64,000 nt of DNA from Camelus dromedarius. Lineage: Eukaryota. How positions within the stretch are numbered: position 1 is the stretch's first letter; every line of letters starts with the position of its first letter. A program made the translations under genes and the position numbers. The notes beneath the pieces were generated by a model. The model did no database searches. It saw only the letters and a list, made by a program, of their open reading frames with translations, and was not told the DNA's origin. Of the stretch, positions 62,840-64,000 are shown piece by piece. Location: the NCBI RefSeq assembly GCF_036321535.1, contig NC_087437.1:104410001-104474000 (forward strand), read 5' to 3'.

Positions 62840-63260
62840 TATGTCCCAAGCGAAAATAGAGGACACGCCCCAAGTAGACATTTGAAGAGAATTTCATAAA
62901 GGGGAACTTTACAAACGTTTGGGTAGTGTGTGGGAGAACCACAAGGGATAGAGCAGAATCTGAGGACTAGGAATAGCATTTCCAACCCAGGCCCAAAAGG
63001 ACAAGGAGAGAGTTGTCACCAGAACCCAAAAACAGAGCTGTGTGGAGAGGATTGCCAGTGGAAGCTGTGGCCTTATGTCCAGCTATCCCTGCAAGACCCT
63101 GAGGGAAGGAAGGAGACAGAAGAATAATGACCGCCAACCAGACTTTCCTCCTGACGTCTCCTTCCAGTGTTTCCATCAACTACTCTCAGTCAGAAGGTGG
63201 TGGACAAGAGCTCAGAGAGTGGAGGGGAGCTGGCTGAGTGTGGATCCTCAGTGTTAAACA
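62840..63260 (-). mobile_element. Old ERVL-class LTR (LTR41/LTR33-like)
   Basis: TTTGAAGAGAATTTCATAAAGGGGAACTTTACAAACG..GAGAACCACAAGGGATAG..CCCAGGCCCAAAAGGACAAGGAGAGAGTTGTCACCAGAACCC. Confidence 0.55.
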
Positions 63261-64000
63261 GAAATTCCCTAGCACAGTGCTCTTCATTCGGTTCCATAAT
63301 GATGCTCTTTTTTCTTTGGTGTTTATTGTACTTATTCATTCAAAAGTACAGTGACGTTTTTCAATAGATGATATAAATATATTTCCAAATGTATTGTTTA
63401 TCTTTTAGTTTTGTTGCTTTCTCACAGGCAGAGGTTACTCATATTTATGTCATTACGTGGATCTTTTGACATATGGTGACTTTCTTTGGTAGCGATCCAA
63501 AAATAAATATAAATGTAAACATACAAACAACCACACACACCCACCACATACTCTACTGCCAATGTGTTTTTTGTATATAAATAATGTAGAAATATTTAAT
63601 TCTTCTGAAATACAATGTATATTCTCTGAGATAGATTTTCCCCCCAAATGTGCTAGTATATCCATGCATATCTGGACCAGATGTGTATCTCTGTCTCTGA
63701 AATGCCATCTTTATATCTACTCTATCTATCCACCATCAATCAATCAATCATCAGGATACAGATACACATGTTTTCTCCTTCCTCTTTTTCTTTCTTCACA
63801 TCAACCATGAGCCCTTCATTAGCATAAGGTCATGTCTATTACTCTGCCTCTAGTGATAGCTCTTAATGTTTTTCTAGCATCAAGTTGGATTTTTCAATAC
63901 TCTATTTTTTAAACTGATTTCACTGTGGATTTTAAGATATTACTTTAGTTTTCAGTTTCCTTTTAACAGTTATGGCTTTGTCTGTTCCTATTGGAGTAGG

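Noticed and set aside
1..64000. Excess of + strand LTRs as evidence for an intron of a - strand gene
   Set aside because: The bias is mild (roughly 3:2) on small numbers and no exon was identified.

Overview
AT-rich, CpG-depleted eutherian mammal DNA that is non-coding (intergenic or deep intronic). No intact protein-coding gene, RNA gene, CpG island, CRISPR array or prokaryotic system is recognisable. The ORF track is explained by chance ORFs, microsatellites and decayed LINE-1 ORF2. A large share of the window is interspersed repeat: MaLR (MLT1) elements including two LTR-internal-LTR proviruses, about ten ERV1-type solo LTRs (many with TG...CA ends and 4-bp target-site duplications, TSDs), ERVL-type LTRs, old L1 and L2 fragments, MIRs, and DNA transposons (Tigger1 derivative, MER2, MER58A). 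I found no Alu, B1/B2, Bov-tA, PRE-1 or Can-SINE copies. Together with the style of one young L1 3' end, this suggests a cetartiodactyl, possibly a camelid (inference). The most notable structure is a four-layer nest at 3403-8876: MLT1F-type provirus > ERVL-type solo LTR > MLT1D provirus > 5'-truncated mRNA retrocopy. Also notable are a ~34-bp tandem array with A/B dimer structure, two same-family solo LTRs in inverted orientation 11 kb apart, and a back-to-back fusion of two LTR halves. Subfamily names are recalled from consensus sequences and need RepeatMasker/Dfam confirmation; boundaries without a stated TSD are approximate. I did not find evidence for a new biological system.
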